Shown here one piece after another: positions 1-9,009 of a stretch of DNA of 24,487 bases; position 1 is the stretch's first letter, and each line of letters opens with the position of its first letter. The notes below the pieces were generated by a model, which worked only from the letters and a program-made list of their open reading frames with translations, was not told where the DNA came from and ran no database searches. Position numbers and translations under genes: made by a program. This DNA is from Chthoniobacteraceae bacterium (GTDB lineage: Bacteria; Verrucomicrobiota; Verrucomicrobiia; Chthoniobacterales; Chthoniobacteraceae), in assembly GCA_031409335.1 (NCBI GenBank), contig JANNWY010000088.1, forward strand, positions 1 to 24,487, written 5' to 3'.

Positions 1-2
1 CG

Positions 3-2189
3 GGTGCGACGACCATCAATGCCGGCACGCTGGCGGCGGGAGTGGCCTCGGTGGCGAATGTCAGCGGAGCGTTCGGCAATAACTCGGCCGTGACTTTCGC
101 CAATGTGGCCGGAGCCACGATGGATATCACGGGCTTCGACACGCAGGTCGGCTCACTGACCGGTGGCGGGGCGCTCGGCGGCAATATCACCCTCGGTGCG
201 GCGACCCTGAGCACGGGCGGAGACAACACCAGTCCGGCGGCCTACGCGGGCGCGATCGCCGGCACTGGAGGCCTGACCAAGATCGGCACGGGCACGCAGA
301 TTCTTTCGGGAATGAACACGTTCAGCGGCGTCACGACCGTCTCCAACGGCACGCTGCGGCTCAATCGCGGCGCGTCGGATAACACGACCATTCCCACCGA
401 CGGCCTCATCGCGACGACTTCGGACATCGTGATCAATGGTGGCAATCTCGAGATCGCCGCGAGCGAGCAGATCGGCGACCTCGGCTCGATCAACATGAGC
501 AGCGGGTCCTTCGGATTTGGCGCGGCGACCGGTCTTACCGAAACCATCGACAAGCTGACGGTGAGCGGCGGCACATTCACCACGGGAGATAACACGCTCG
601 AAGTCGGCGGAGCCACGGTCACCTGGTCCGGCGGCACGAATACGATCAGCGTCGGTGGCATTGTTCGCGACAAGCATTGGGTCATTACCGGCGGCACGAA
701 CACGGTGCAGGAAGACGGTCTGCTCGAAGTGAAACTCGGCGCTCCCACTGCGGGACTCTTCTTCGGCGGGACGGGCAGCCCGACGATCACGCTCGATTCC
801 TCGGCGAGCCTCCCCGGCGGGCAAATCCTGCTGCGTCAGGACTTGACCGTGGACAGCTCGCTCACCAACGGCACTGCGCAGATTCTCAATGGCGGCGCGT
901 TGGCAAATCCCGGCTTTGTCGATATGAACGGCGGCACGCGGACATGGCGCATCAACGACGGCTTCGCAGCCGTGGACATGCTCGTCTCCGCCTCGATCCA
1001 AAACGGCGGGCTGACGAAAACAGACGCAGGCACGCTCCAACTTTCCGGCGTGAATACCTACACCGGCGTCACGATATTTGGCGCGGGGACATTGAGCGTG
1101 GCGACGATCGGCAACGGCGGAGTCGCCGGCAATCTCGGCCAGGCCACCAGCGCCGCGACAAACCTCATCTTCGACGGCGGCACGCTGCAATACACTGGCT
1201 TGACAGCGAGCACGGATCGCGACTTCACGATCAATAACGGCATGACCGGGACGTTCGACATCACCACGAACAACCTCACCCTCAGCGGTGCATCCACGAC
1301 GACCACGGGGGCGCTGACCAAGATCGGCACGGGCACGCTGATCCTCACCGGTGCGAACACCTACTCCGGCACGACGACCATCAGCGATGGCATCCTGCAA
1401 ATCGGCGATGGGGGGACGACCGGCACATTGGGCAGCGGCGCGGTGCTGGACAGCACCACGCTCCTCTTCAAGCTGACGAATACCTACACCGCCCCGAATC
1501 AAATCTCCGGTGCGGGTGAAGTGATTCAAAGCGGCTCCGGCACGACGGTGCTGACGGCCACGAACACGTTCACCGGCGCCACCAAAATCACCGGCGGCAC
1601 GCTGAAGGCAGCCGGACTGTCATCGTTGGGCACGACGGCCAGCGTTGCGATCAGCACTGGCGGCACGCTCCTGCTGAGCGGAACGGGTAATCAGGTCACC
1701 GATAATGCGCCGTTCACGATGAACGGAGGCACGCTCATCAGTGACGTCGATGGTCTGAACGAACAGGTTGGCACGCTGACCTTGACCGAGAATTCGATCA
1801 TCGACTTTGGAAGCTTTGCCCTCGGCACCACATTCAGATTCAACGACAGTGCCGCGTTGACCGCGTTGTGGACGACGGGCAAGACGCTGAGCATCTACAA
1901 TTGGACGCCTGGCGTCGATCATCTGTATGTCGGAACGACTACCGGCGGGCTCACCGCGAACCAGCTGGGTCAGATATCGTTTTATAGCGGCGCACCGGGC
2001 AGCCTTTCCAACGGTTTCCAAGGTGGAGCTTTCAATGGGACGCCTTTCGACGGACTGAACGGTGAAGTCTCGCCCGTCCCGGAGCCTTCGAGTGTGGCGA
2101 CGGTGATGGGCCTGCTCGGCCTCGTCGGATGGCGCGAGCGCCGGAAGGCGCGCGCCGCCCGCGCCGCCGAACGCCGCGCGCTGGCGTAG
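3..2189 (+). CDS. PEP-CTERM-sorted surface protein with autotransporter-associated beta-strand repeats (5' end outside window)
   Basis: Frame is open from base 3 (GATTINAGTLAAGVAS...). Repeated GLTKxGxGTLxLxGxNTY/FxGxTTIxxGTL motifs, Gly/Thr/Ser/Asn-rich. C-terminus VPEPSSVATVMGLLGLVGWRERRK = PEP motif, TM helix, basic tail. No autotransporter beta-barrel. Confidence 0.92.
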   Translation, partial: GATTINAGTLAAGVASVANVSGAFGNNSAVTFANVAGATMDITGFDTQVGSLTGGGALGGNITLGAATLSTGGDNTSPAAYAGAIAGTGGLTKIGTGTQILSGMNTFSGVTTVSNGTLRLNRGASDNTTIPTDGLIATTSDIVINGGNLEIAASEQIGDLGSINMSSGSFGFGAATGLTETIDKLTVSGGTFTTGDNTLEVGGATVTWSGGTNTISVGGIVRDKHWVITGGTNTVQEDGLLEVKLGAPTAGLFFGGTGSPTITLDSSASLPGGQILLRQDLTVDSSLTNGTAQILNGGALANPGFVDMNGGTRTWRINDGFAAVDMLVSASIQNGGLTKTDAGTLQLSGVNTYTGVTIFGAGTLSVATIGNGGVAGNLGQATSAATNLIFDGGTLQYTGLTASTDRDFTINNGMTGTFDITTNNLTLSGASTTTTGALTKIGTGTLILTGANTYSGTTTISDGILQIGDGGTTGTLGSGAVLDSTTLLFKLTNTYTAPNQISGAGEVIQSGSGTTVLTATNTFTGATKITGGTLKAAGLSSLGTTASVAISTGGTLLLSGTGNQVTDNAPFTMNGGTLISDVDGLNEQVGTLTLTENSIIDFGSFALGTTFRFNDSAALTALWTTGKTLSIYNWTPGVDHLYVGTTTGGLTANQLGQISFYSGAPGSLSNGFQGGAFNGTPFDGLNGEVSPVPEPSSVATVMGLLGLVGWRERRKARAARAAERRALA

Positions 2190-2222
2190 GGCCCGGTCAG
2201 CCGTGAAGAGAATGGGCGCTGG

Positions 2223-2355
2223 CTTGGAGCGCGGCGGGAAGCGACAGCGCCACGCCGCCTTCGGAGCGTTCCGCGGGCGGTTGGTTCGCGCCAGCCGCAC
2301 GCGCCCCGCGCGTGCGAAAACGGTGTCGCGCTGTCGCTTGCCACCGCGCTCCAAG
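2223..2355. repeat. REP/REPIN-like long imperfect inverted repeat
   Basis: 41-nt arms at 2223-2263 (cttggagcgcggcgggaagcgacagcgccacgccgccttcg) and 2315-2355 match as reverse complements at 35/41 positions. There is also a perfect 9-bp inner hairpin cgcacgcgc-ccc-gcgcgtgcg (2296-2316). Intergenic. Confidence 0.8.
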
Positions 2356-2414
2356 GCGCGCCCTTCGCTCGCTCCTCATTCCCGTTTCAATCACTGCGCC
2401 TGCTCCCCAAATAC

Positions 2415-2969
2415 GTGACCCAAACGCCCCACTTCACTCTCCTCCCCGTCGAAATCGCCGCGACCGGCGTTTCGGCGATCCCGTCCGGACAATACGTGGT
2501 CGCCCTCTGCTCGGTCGTGCTCGTCATCGCCTGCGTCCTCGTCCACTACGAAGTGCTGCGAAAGCTCTCCGCTTGGCTGTCACGCATGCGCAAACTTCAC
2601 CGCACCCGCGTCCTCGTCCTGATCCTCGGCCTGCTCACCACGCACATCTTCGAAATCTGGATCTACGCCCTCGGCTTCGCCCTCATGGATGGAGTCGCGG
2701 ACTTCGGCACCATCGCCCACGTCCAGGACCCCGCCGCCCGGAGCGAGTGGCTCGACTACGTGTACTATTCGTTCATGACGTTTACTACCGTCGGCTACGG
2801 CGATCTCATCCCGCGCGGCCCGATCCGCTTCATCGCCGCCACCGAGGCCCTCACCGGCTTCGTCCTGCTCGGCTGGTCCGCCTCGTTCACGTTCCTCGAA
2901 ATGCAGCGCTTCTGGCGCGAACCGAAAGGTGGACATTCCAATGAACGCGGGAGCAGTGGGGAAGAATGA
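2415..2969 (+). CDS. Small potassium channel family protein (Ion_trans_2 pore domain)
   Basis: Pore helix plus selectivity filter YYSFMTFTTVGYGD, flanked by hydrophobic helices; no RCK or voltage-sensor domain. Start codon uncertain. Confidence 0.9.
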   Translation: MTQTPHFTLLPVEIAATGVSAIPSGQYVVALCSVVLVIACVLVHYEVLRKLSAWLSRMRKLHRTRVLVLILGLLTTHIFEIWIYALGFALMDGVADFGTIAHVQDPAARSEWLDYVYYSFMTFTTVGYGDLIPRGPIRFIAATEALTGFVLLGWSASFTFLEMQRFWREPKGGHSNERGSSGEE

Positions 2970-3107
2970 AGCGACGCAAGAATGGCCCCCTGTGGGATCG
3001 CGGTAAAAGGAGCCGCGGCGCGGCGGGAAACCCGTAACCACGCGTCGATCAGGGCCGGTACCAAGCGAGAATTCTCCTCAGCGCTCGCCTCCTGTACGGC
3101 GCTTGTA

Positions 3108-3135
3108 TTGTCACACAATTCGCGCTTGCCATAAT
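3108..3135 (+). promoter_or_regulatory. Putative sigma70 promoter for the second PEP-CTERM gene
   Basis: TTGTCA (3108-3113), 16-nt spacer, CATAAT (3130-3135), with TG at the extended -10 position; 35 nt upstream of ATG 3170. Confidence 0.4.
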
Positions 3136-3169
3136 TTCGTTTCTGGCCGCATTGTTGTGGGTAGGTGAA

Positions 3170-6146
3170 ATGAAAACCTCATACGCAAGATCCCAGTCCG
3201 CCCGGTCGCCCATAACTACTCAGTATGTTGGCATACGGTTCCGCCCGCTTTCAAAACCATGGCGTTGGTTGTTTCCAGCCCCCATTACGCTCTCGCTCAC
3301 TTTTCTGGCAGTAATCTCCGCACAGGCAGGCAACACTTGGACCGGCGGCGGCGGCTCCACGAACTGGAATGACAACAACAACTGGGGTGGCGCTGCGCCC
3401 GGCTACGGCACGCTCGTCTTTTCCGGCAATACCCAGACGACGAACAACAACAACAGCATCACCGCCATGAACCAGGTGAACTGGAACGGGACCGCCGCGT
3501 GGGTGATGAATGGAACCAGCACGCTCAGCCTCTTCGACAATGGCGGCACCCAGGCCAAGCTCGAGAGCCTCGGCACCGGCGGCGTGACGATCAATGCGCC
3601 GATCACCTTCGCGGCAAACAACAGCCCATTTGGCAATCCGAATGGCTATAATCCTTTCGGCGAGATCAATGCGGTAAGCAGCAACATAACTTTTGCTTCC
3701 GACACGCTCACGGTGAATGGCAGCTCGGTGAACGGCATCAAGTTCTTTGGCGGCGCGGGAAGAGACGTCACCTTTGCCAGCACCGTCAGTGCGAGCGGCA
3801 AGTGGATGGGCTTTACGAACGCGAACGGCAGCAGCGTCACCATCGCCACGGGGGCGAATGTCACGGTGGGTGATTTCTACGTGATGAATGGCAACACGCT
3901 CAACCTCGCTGGCGGCACGCTCACGACGTCGGCGGTGCGGCTCGGCGGTGACTTTGGAAATACGGGCAATCAGAACCAAACCCTCGGCGGCACGCTCGCC
4001 CTGGCTCCTCTCACGGGTGGCGTGAGCTTCAGCGGCATCATTAACACTGTCACGGGCAATACCTCCAACGCCCTGCTCATCGACTCGAAGAACACCAGCG
4101 GCACAAACATGCTCACGGGCAGCCTTTTCCTAGACTCCGCACTGAACATCAGCCAAGCCGCAGGCGGCACTCTCGTGATCACCAATATAGGCGGCAACTT
4201 GGGGGGCGCGTTGACGAAATCCGGCCTTGGTACCGTAATTCTCTCTAATTCCAACGGTTACGGCAATGGAACTACTATCAATGCCGGAACGCTGGTCGCC
4301 GCCAACGGGTTGGCCCTTGGCGCGACCTCCTTGCCCGTCACGGTGAACAACAGTGGAACGCTGCAGGTCAGCGGCGGCATCGCGCTCAACAATGGTTACG
4401 AATTCCGTCTGAACACAGGCGGCACGATCAATAGCAATGGCACCAACTCCGTTGACGGCGCGATCACTGTCCAGTCCAGCGGCACCCCTTCGGCCACGCT
4501 CTCGACGACTAACGCAAGTGACGTCTTTAGTGTCGGAAATTTCGAAAACGACATTGTCGGCGGGATAGCTGGCGCGGCGGTCCATATCGCCGGATCGGGC
4601 ACGATCCTCGTGAATTTCAGCAACTCGGGCGGCTATTTAGGGGGATGGTCAGTTGATGCTGGAACGCTGCAACTCGGACATCCCGCTGCACTTGGTCGAT
4701 CGGTAGCCGACCGCGTCACACTCAATGGAGGCAATCTCTCAGGTCGTGCCGGTGTGGATACGACTTTTAGCGGTCCAGCAGCTAATGGTCTCACCGTTAC
4801 TGCCAATTCAACGCTCACTAGCGACCGCAGGATCGCAGGACCGGGTCTTACTTAGGCCTTCGGCCCACTTTCCATTGGCAGCCAGACACTGACCACTGCC
4901 GCAGGGAGCAATGTCGCCAGCGGCACGGCTGGCATTACCGTGGGGGCTGTCACCCTCACGGGCGCACCGACTTTCACGGCGGGTAGCGGCACACTCCTCA
5001 CGCTAGCTGCCATCACCGGAACCAATACGGATTTGACATTCAATGGTCCGGGCAACACCTCCGTCACCGGCGTCATCGGTACAGGAACCGGCAATCTGAC
5101 CAAGTCTGGAACCGGCACCCTCACGCTGAACGGCTTGAACACCTACAACGGCGTCACGGCGATTCAGACTGGCACACTCTCAATCAACTCGGTCAACACG
5201 GGTTCGAATGCACAGGCTCTCGGTACCGGCACTGCTGTGTACCTGGGTGTGGCGGCCACCTCTTCCGGAACCCTTGTTTATACCGGAGGAGCTGGCACGC
5301 TAGACAAGAACATCAACGCCCTGGGCAATGGGTCGGACACCGTCCAGAACAGCGGCAGCGGGCTTCTGACCCTTTCGGGCACGCTCACCAAAGACGGCAC
5401 CAAGCTCACACTCAGCGGCGGCGCCAACGGAATCAAGGTCACTGGCAGCATCGTCGGCGCTTCCCCCAATTCCGACTTGGACATCGGCCCGGGCACGACG
5501 CAGCTCACGGCAGACAACCCCTACAATGGCCCCACCAGCATCCTGACCGGTGGCACGCTCGACTTGACCACGGGCGGTTCCATCTCCGCCACCACCAACG
5601 TCACCGTCAACACCGGCGGCACCCTGCTGCTGAGCGGGACGAACAACAACAAGATCAACAACAGCTCCTTGTTCACCCTCGCGGGCGGTAAGATCACTTT
5701 AGGCGGAAGCGCCAGTCTCGATGAGCAGGTTGGGGCACTCACTCTCAGCGGCAACTCGATCATCGACTTCGGCACGTTCGCCGGCGGCAATACCCTGCGC
5801 TTTGCCGACAGCAGTGGAGCCGCTTGGAGCGCGTTCACCTTGAGCATCCACAACTGGACGAGGGACTTCGACCATCTTTACTTCGGCAGTGTTTTCGGGG
5901 CTGGCCTGACCACCGGAGCGGGAGGCCAGCTGGGCAAGATCCTCTTCTACACCGACGCCGGCATCACCCCCCACGGGTGGCGCGCCTGCCACGTTTGGAC
6001 CCTTGGACGGTGAAGTTTCCGCTGTGCCTGAACCTTCCGCCGCGGCCGTGACCGTGGGATTGCTCGGATTGGTCGGCTGGCGCGAGCGCCGGAAGATGCG
6101 GCAGGTTCGCGCTGCGGAGCGGCGGGCCTTTGGGTTGACCGTTTGA
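3170..6146 (+). pseudogene. Disrupted PEP-CTERM surface protein with autotransporter-associated beta-strand repeats
   Basis: ORFs 3152..4855 and 4940..6013 share one frame, separated only by TAG 4853-4855 (GLT*AFGPLSIGSQTLT). After the C6 run at 5967-5972 the +1 frame reads TGGAPATFGPLDGEVSAVPEPSAAAVTVGLLGLVGWRERRK...TGA 6144-6146. Signal peptide ends ...AVISAQA. Confidence 0.88.
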
Positions 6147-6236
6147 ATTGACGCTGGTCATCGTCGGAGTCGTGGCGAAACTCCGATCAATGCCACGACG
6201 TTTCCTGATTTTTGCCGTTGCGACGGCGTGTCCGTT

Positions 6237-7403
6237 GTGAAGCTCGCGCTTTATTTTCTGTCGCTAACGCTGTTAATCGCCAGCGCCGCGGAGCCGGAAT
6301 TCGCGGATGTTTTTACCTCGAATAATCAGGAAGGCTACGCATCCATTCGCATCCCGGCGGTGATCGTGACGAAGCAGGGGACGGTGCTCGCTTTTGCCGA
6401 AGGCCGCGTGAGACCCGCCGACCAGGCGGAGAATGACATCGTGGGGAAACGCAGCGTGGATGGCGGGCGGACGTGGAGTGCGCTGCGCGTCATCCATGAG
6501 GACGGGGCGCATTCGCTGAATAATCCGACGCTGGTGCAGGAGCGGGGGAGTGGGCGGATTTTTTTGATGTTCCAGCGCATCCCGGCGCATTTGAAAGAGC
6601 ACAGCGCGGGGACGGCGGCGGGGCTGGAGGGGGCGGATATTTATCGGAATTTGCTAATGTGGTCGGATGACGATGGTGTGACGTGGAGCGCGCCGCTGGA
6701 TGCGACGGCGACGACGAAGCGGCCGGAGCGTGCGACGACGATTGCGAGCGGGCCGGGCATTGGCATCCAGCTTTCGCGCGGGGCGCGGAAAGGGCGGTTG
6801 ATTTTTCCTTTCAACGAAGGGCCGTATGGGCGGTGGCAGAATTTCGCGGTTTTTAGCGATGATGTGGGGAAATCGTGGCGCTTTGGGGCGGACGTGCCGG
6901 GGGCGCTGGTGCCGGATGGGAAGGGCGGCGAGCGCAGTCAGATCAATGAAGTGCAGATGGTCGAGATGAACGATGGCGCGGTGCGGCTGAGCAGCCGACA
7001 ATTTGCGGGCGCGAAAGTGCGGCGGACTGCGGTGAGTCGCGATGGCGGGGAAACGTGGTCGCCGGTCGCGGAGCTGCCCGAATTGTCCGATCCGAGCTGC
7101 ATGGCGGGGATGGCGCGGGTTTCGTTCGACGATGGCACCGGACTGGGAAAGCTGATCCACACAGGGCCGGACAGCATGAGGCGCGATCACGGCACGGTGT
7201 ATCTGAGCCTTGATGATGGCGCGACTTGGCCGGTGAAGCGCGAGTTGTGGCCGGGCGGATTTGCCTACAGCGTTCCCACGCACTTGGCGGATGGAACGGT
7301 TGGCGTTCTGTTCGAGGCGGACAATTATCAGCGCATCGTTTTTGCGCGCTTCCCGCTGGAATGGCTGGAGGCAGGCGGCGCGTCGAAGGCTAAATCGCGG
7401 TAA
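6237..7403 (+). CDS. Secreted sialidase/neuraminidase (GH33-like, BNR/Asp-box)
   Basis: Signal peptide, RIP motif (YASIRIPA), five Asp-boxes (SVDGGRTW, SDDDGVTW, SDDVGKSW, SRDGGETW, SLDDGATW), INEVQ glutamate motif and AYS tyrosine motif. Start is GTG 6237 or GTG 6228. Confidence 0.9.
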   Translation: MKLALYFLSLTLLIASAAEPEFADVFTSNNQEGYASIRIPAVIVTKQGTVLAFAEGRVRPADQAENDIVGKRSVDGGRTWSALRVIHEDGAHSLNNPTLVQERGSGRIFLMFQRIPAHLKEHSAGTAAGLEGADIYRNLLMWSDDDGVTWSAPLDATATTKRPERATTIASGPGIGIQLSRGARKGRLIFPFNEGPYGRWQNFAVFSDDVGKSWRFGADVPGALVPDGKGGERSQINEVQMVEMNDGAVRLSSRQFAGAKVRRTAVSRDGGETWSPVAELPELSDPSCMAGMARVSFDDGTGLGKLIHTGPDSMRRDHGTVYLSLDDGATWPVKRELWPGGFAYSVPTHLADGTVGVLFEADNYQRIVFARFPLEWLEAGGASKAKSR

Positions 7404-7427
7404 GATTGGAAAGGGCGCTTCGCGCGG

Positions 7428-8708
7428 TTACATCTCGCGCGCCCATGCGGGCCTTTGCTTTAGGTGGTAGAGCATTTCGCCCGCTTTTGGGACGTGGAAG
7501 ATGCCTTCGTCTTCGCGGTTCGCATAGTCTTCCACCCGGATCGTCGTGGGATCGCGATAGCCGAGGCTGATCTCCTCGCACACTTCGCGCGGGATACCCG
7601 TCGCGAGCGTCACGCGGATACGACATTTTTCCACGCCGTCCGCGTACGTGCCGATGCCGCGGACGTGCGTGCTGTGGGCGATGGTGCCCCACGGCACGTC
7701 CTTGAATTTGTCCCACTGCTTCAAAAAATAATCGCGGCAATGGTAGCCGATGCGGCGGATGTCGTGCCCGTGCGTGAGACTGATCTCGCGGATGTGCGGC
7801 GCGTAGATGATGAGTTCGCCGCCGTCGGCGACCACTGGCTCCAGTTTATACATGCACTTCCCGCCGACCCACAGCTCGTCGTACATCTTCGGCGCGCACG
7901 AGAGGACGGTGTGGAAAGGGCGGTCCTTGGTTTCGATGTGCAGCTTCTTCGAGAGTTCGCTCGCTTCATCCCACGCGCCTTCCGGGGAGCCGATGAAAAG
8001 GCCCGCGAGCTGCGCGTGATCGACGACCATGCAGAGGCACAGCTTCGACACCTGCACCATCCCGCCGACGCGATCGACCACGCGGCGCACGGGCGTCCAC
8101 TTGTTGCCGATGATCATCGGGTTCGTCACGACCGCGCCGAGCCAGTGGAAAAAATTCAGCACCTCCGCGCCGCTCACGCCGGGGAAAAGGTATTTGTTTC
8201 CCCCGGAAAAACCAACGACCTCGTGTGGGAAAACCGGGCCGCAAATGATGACCTGATCGTAGTCGAAAATCTTCGCGTTCACTTTCACCGGCACTTCCAT
8301 TTCGAGCAGGCCGTCGGTGAGCGCGCGGGTTTCCGCCAATGTGAGGGTGCCGATTTGTTCGAGCGCGGCGGGGTTGTCCCACTCGTGATTGAAAAACCGC
8401 ACGCCCGCGTATTTCGCGCGCCGTTCTTCCAGCGAAATCCCGAGCCGCTCGCAGATCGCCGACTCGCTCATTGGCTGATGCGTGCCGAGCGCGATCATCA
8501 CGTCGAAGTGTTTGGTCGCGCCGCCGATTTGGTCGAAGAGCCCGGCGAAAAGCATCCCGAGCGGACAGGTGCGCGTGGCGTCGGGCACGATGAGCAGGAC
8601 GCGGCGGTCTTTGTATTCTTTCGTCGGGCAGGCTTGCGCGATCAGTTCGCGGACTTGCGCGGAGGTAAGAAATGTCCCGGCGGGGGCGGTGTGGGAGAGC
8701 GTTTGCAT
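7428..8708 (-). CDS. LarA/DUF2088-family nickel-pincer-dependent 2-hydroxy-acid racemase/epimerase-like protein
   Basis: Motifs IVPDATRT, ALGTHQPM, NHEWD, PHEVVGFSGGNKYLFPG and FFHW match the LarA N-terminal domain pattern (DxTR, GTH, His, GFSGGxK, His). ATG 8708 preferred over TTG 8729. Confidence 0.82.
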   Translation of the reverse strand: MQTLSHTAPAGTFLTSAQVRELIAQACPTKEYKDRRVLLIVPDATRTCPLGMLFAGLFDQIGGATKHFDVMIALGTHQPMSESAICERLGISLEERRAKYAGVRFFNHEWDNPAALEQIGTLTLAETRALTDGLLEMEVPVKVNAKIFDYDQVIICGPVFPHEVVGFSGGNKYLFPGVSGAEVLNFFHWLGAVVTNPMIIGNKWTPVRRVVDRVGGMVQVSKLCLCMVVDHAQLAGLFIGSPEGAWDEASELSKKLHIETKDRPFHTVLSCAPKMYDELWVGGKCMYKLEPVVADGGELIIYAPHIREISLTHGHDIRRIGYHCRDYFLKQWDKFKDVPWGTIAHSTHVRGIGTYADGVEKCRIRVTLATGIPREVCEEISLGYRDPTTIRVEDYANREDEGIFHVPKAGEMLYHLKQRPAWAREM

Positions 8709-8721
8709 GGGGCTTGGAGGG

Positions 8722-8756
8722 ACGTTCAACTTTCAACGTTCAACATTCAACGTTCA
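8722..8756. repeat. Heptamer tandem repeat (ACNTTCA)x5
   Basis: acgttca actttca acgttca acattca acgttca, just upstream of the larA-like start. Confidence 0.85.
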
Positions 8757-8778
8757 AAGCCCGGGACGCAGAAAACGG

Positions 8779-8807
8779 TTGACGGTCCCCTCCGTGGTTT
8801 CTAGCTT
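8779..8807 (+). promoter_or_regulatory. Sigma70 promoter of the riboswitch-thrC-like operon
   Basis: TTGACG (8779-8784), 17-nt spacer, TAGCTT (8802-8807); implied start site ~8814 coincides with the 5' end of the riboswitch. Confidence 0.7.
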
Positions 8808-8814
8808 CCGGGCA

Positions 8815-8939
8815 CTTTCATCAAGAGTGACCGAGGGACTGGCCCGCTGACGTCACGGCAACCGCTCGAAATTTGCGCAGGCAGAGATCGGGGACCAGGT
8901 GCCAAATCCAGAGCCGCGCGAGCGGGCAGAAGATGAAGG
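8815..8939 (+). promoter_or_regulatory. SAM-I (S-box) riboswitch aptamer
   Basis: All consensus blocks are present in order: ttcATCAAGAG, GAGGGACTGGCCC..TGA, CGGCAACC, GGTGCCAAATCC, GAAGATGAA. P1 = ttcatc (8817-8822) paired with gatgaa (8932-8937). Confidence 0.93.
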
Positions 8940-8971
8940 AAATCAGTTCCGCAACCGCAGGCTGATTCCCC

Positions 8972-9001
8972 GACCTTCGCAGCGCTTGGTGAAAGTTTTT
9001 T
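8972..9001 (+). terminator. Possible intrinsic terminator in the riboswitch expression platform
   Basis: Imperfect stem gaccttcgc/gtgaaagtt (two G-U pairs, one mismatch) running into a T6 tract just before ATG 9010. Confidence 0.35.
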
Positions 9002-9009
9002 CCGAAACT

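Noticed and set aside
2970..3060. c-di-GMP or other riboswitch upstream of the second PEP-CTERM gene
   Set aside because: Small hairpins exist (cggg-aaa-cccg) and GACGCAAG is suggestive, but the other consensus blocks are missing.
3144..3158. Sigma54 site TGGCCG-N5-TTGT
   Set aside because: Lacks the -12 GC and would put the start site on the ATG itself.
4853..4855. Amber recoding (pyrrolysine or alternative genetic code)
   Set aside because: TAG is a genuine stop elsewhere in the window (2187-2189, 11686-11688, and directly after the sulfur carrier's terminal GG at 10581-10583); no pyl genes are seen.
8899..9009. N-terminal extension of the ThrC-like protein
   Set aside because: Overlaps the riboswitch aptamer and expression platform.
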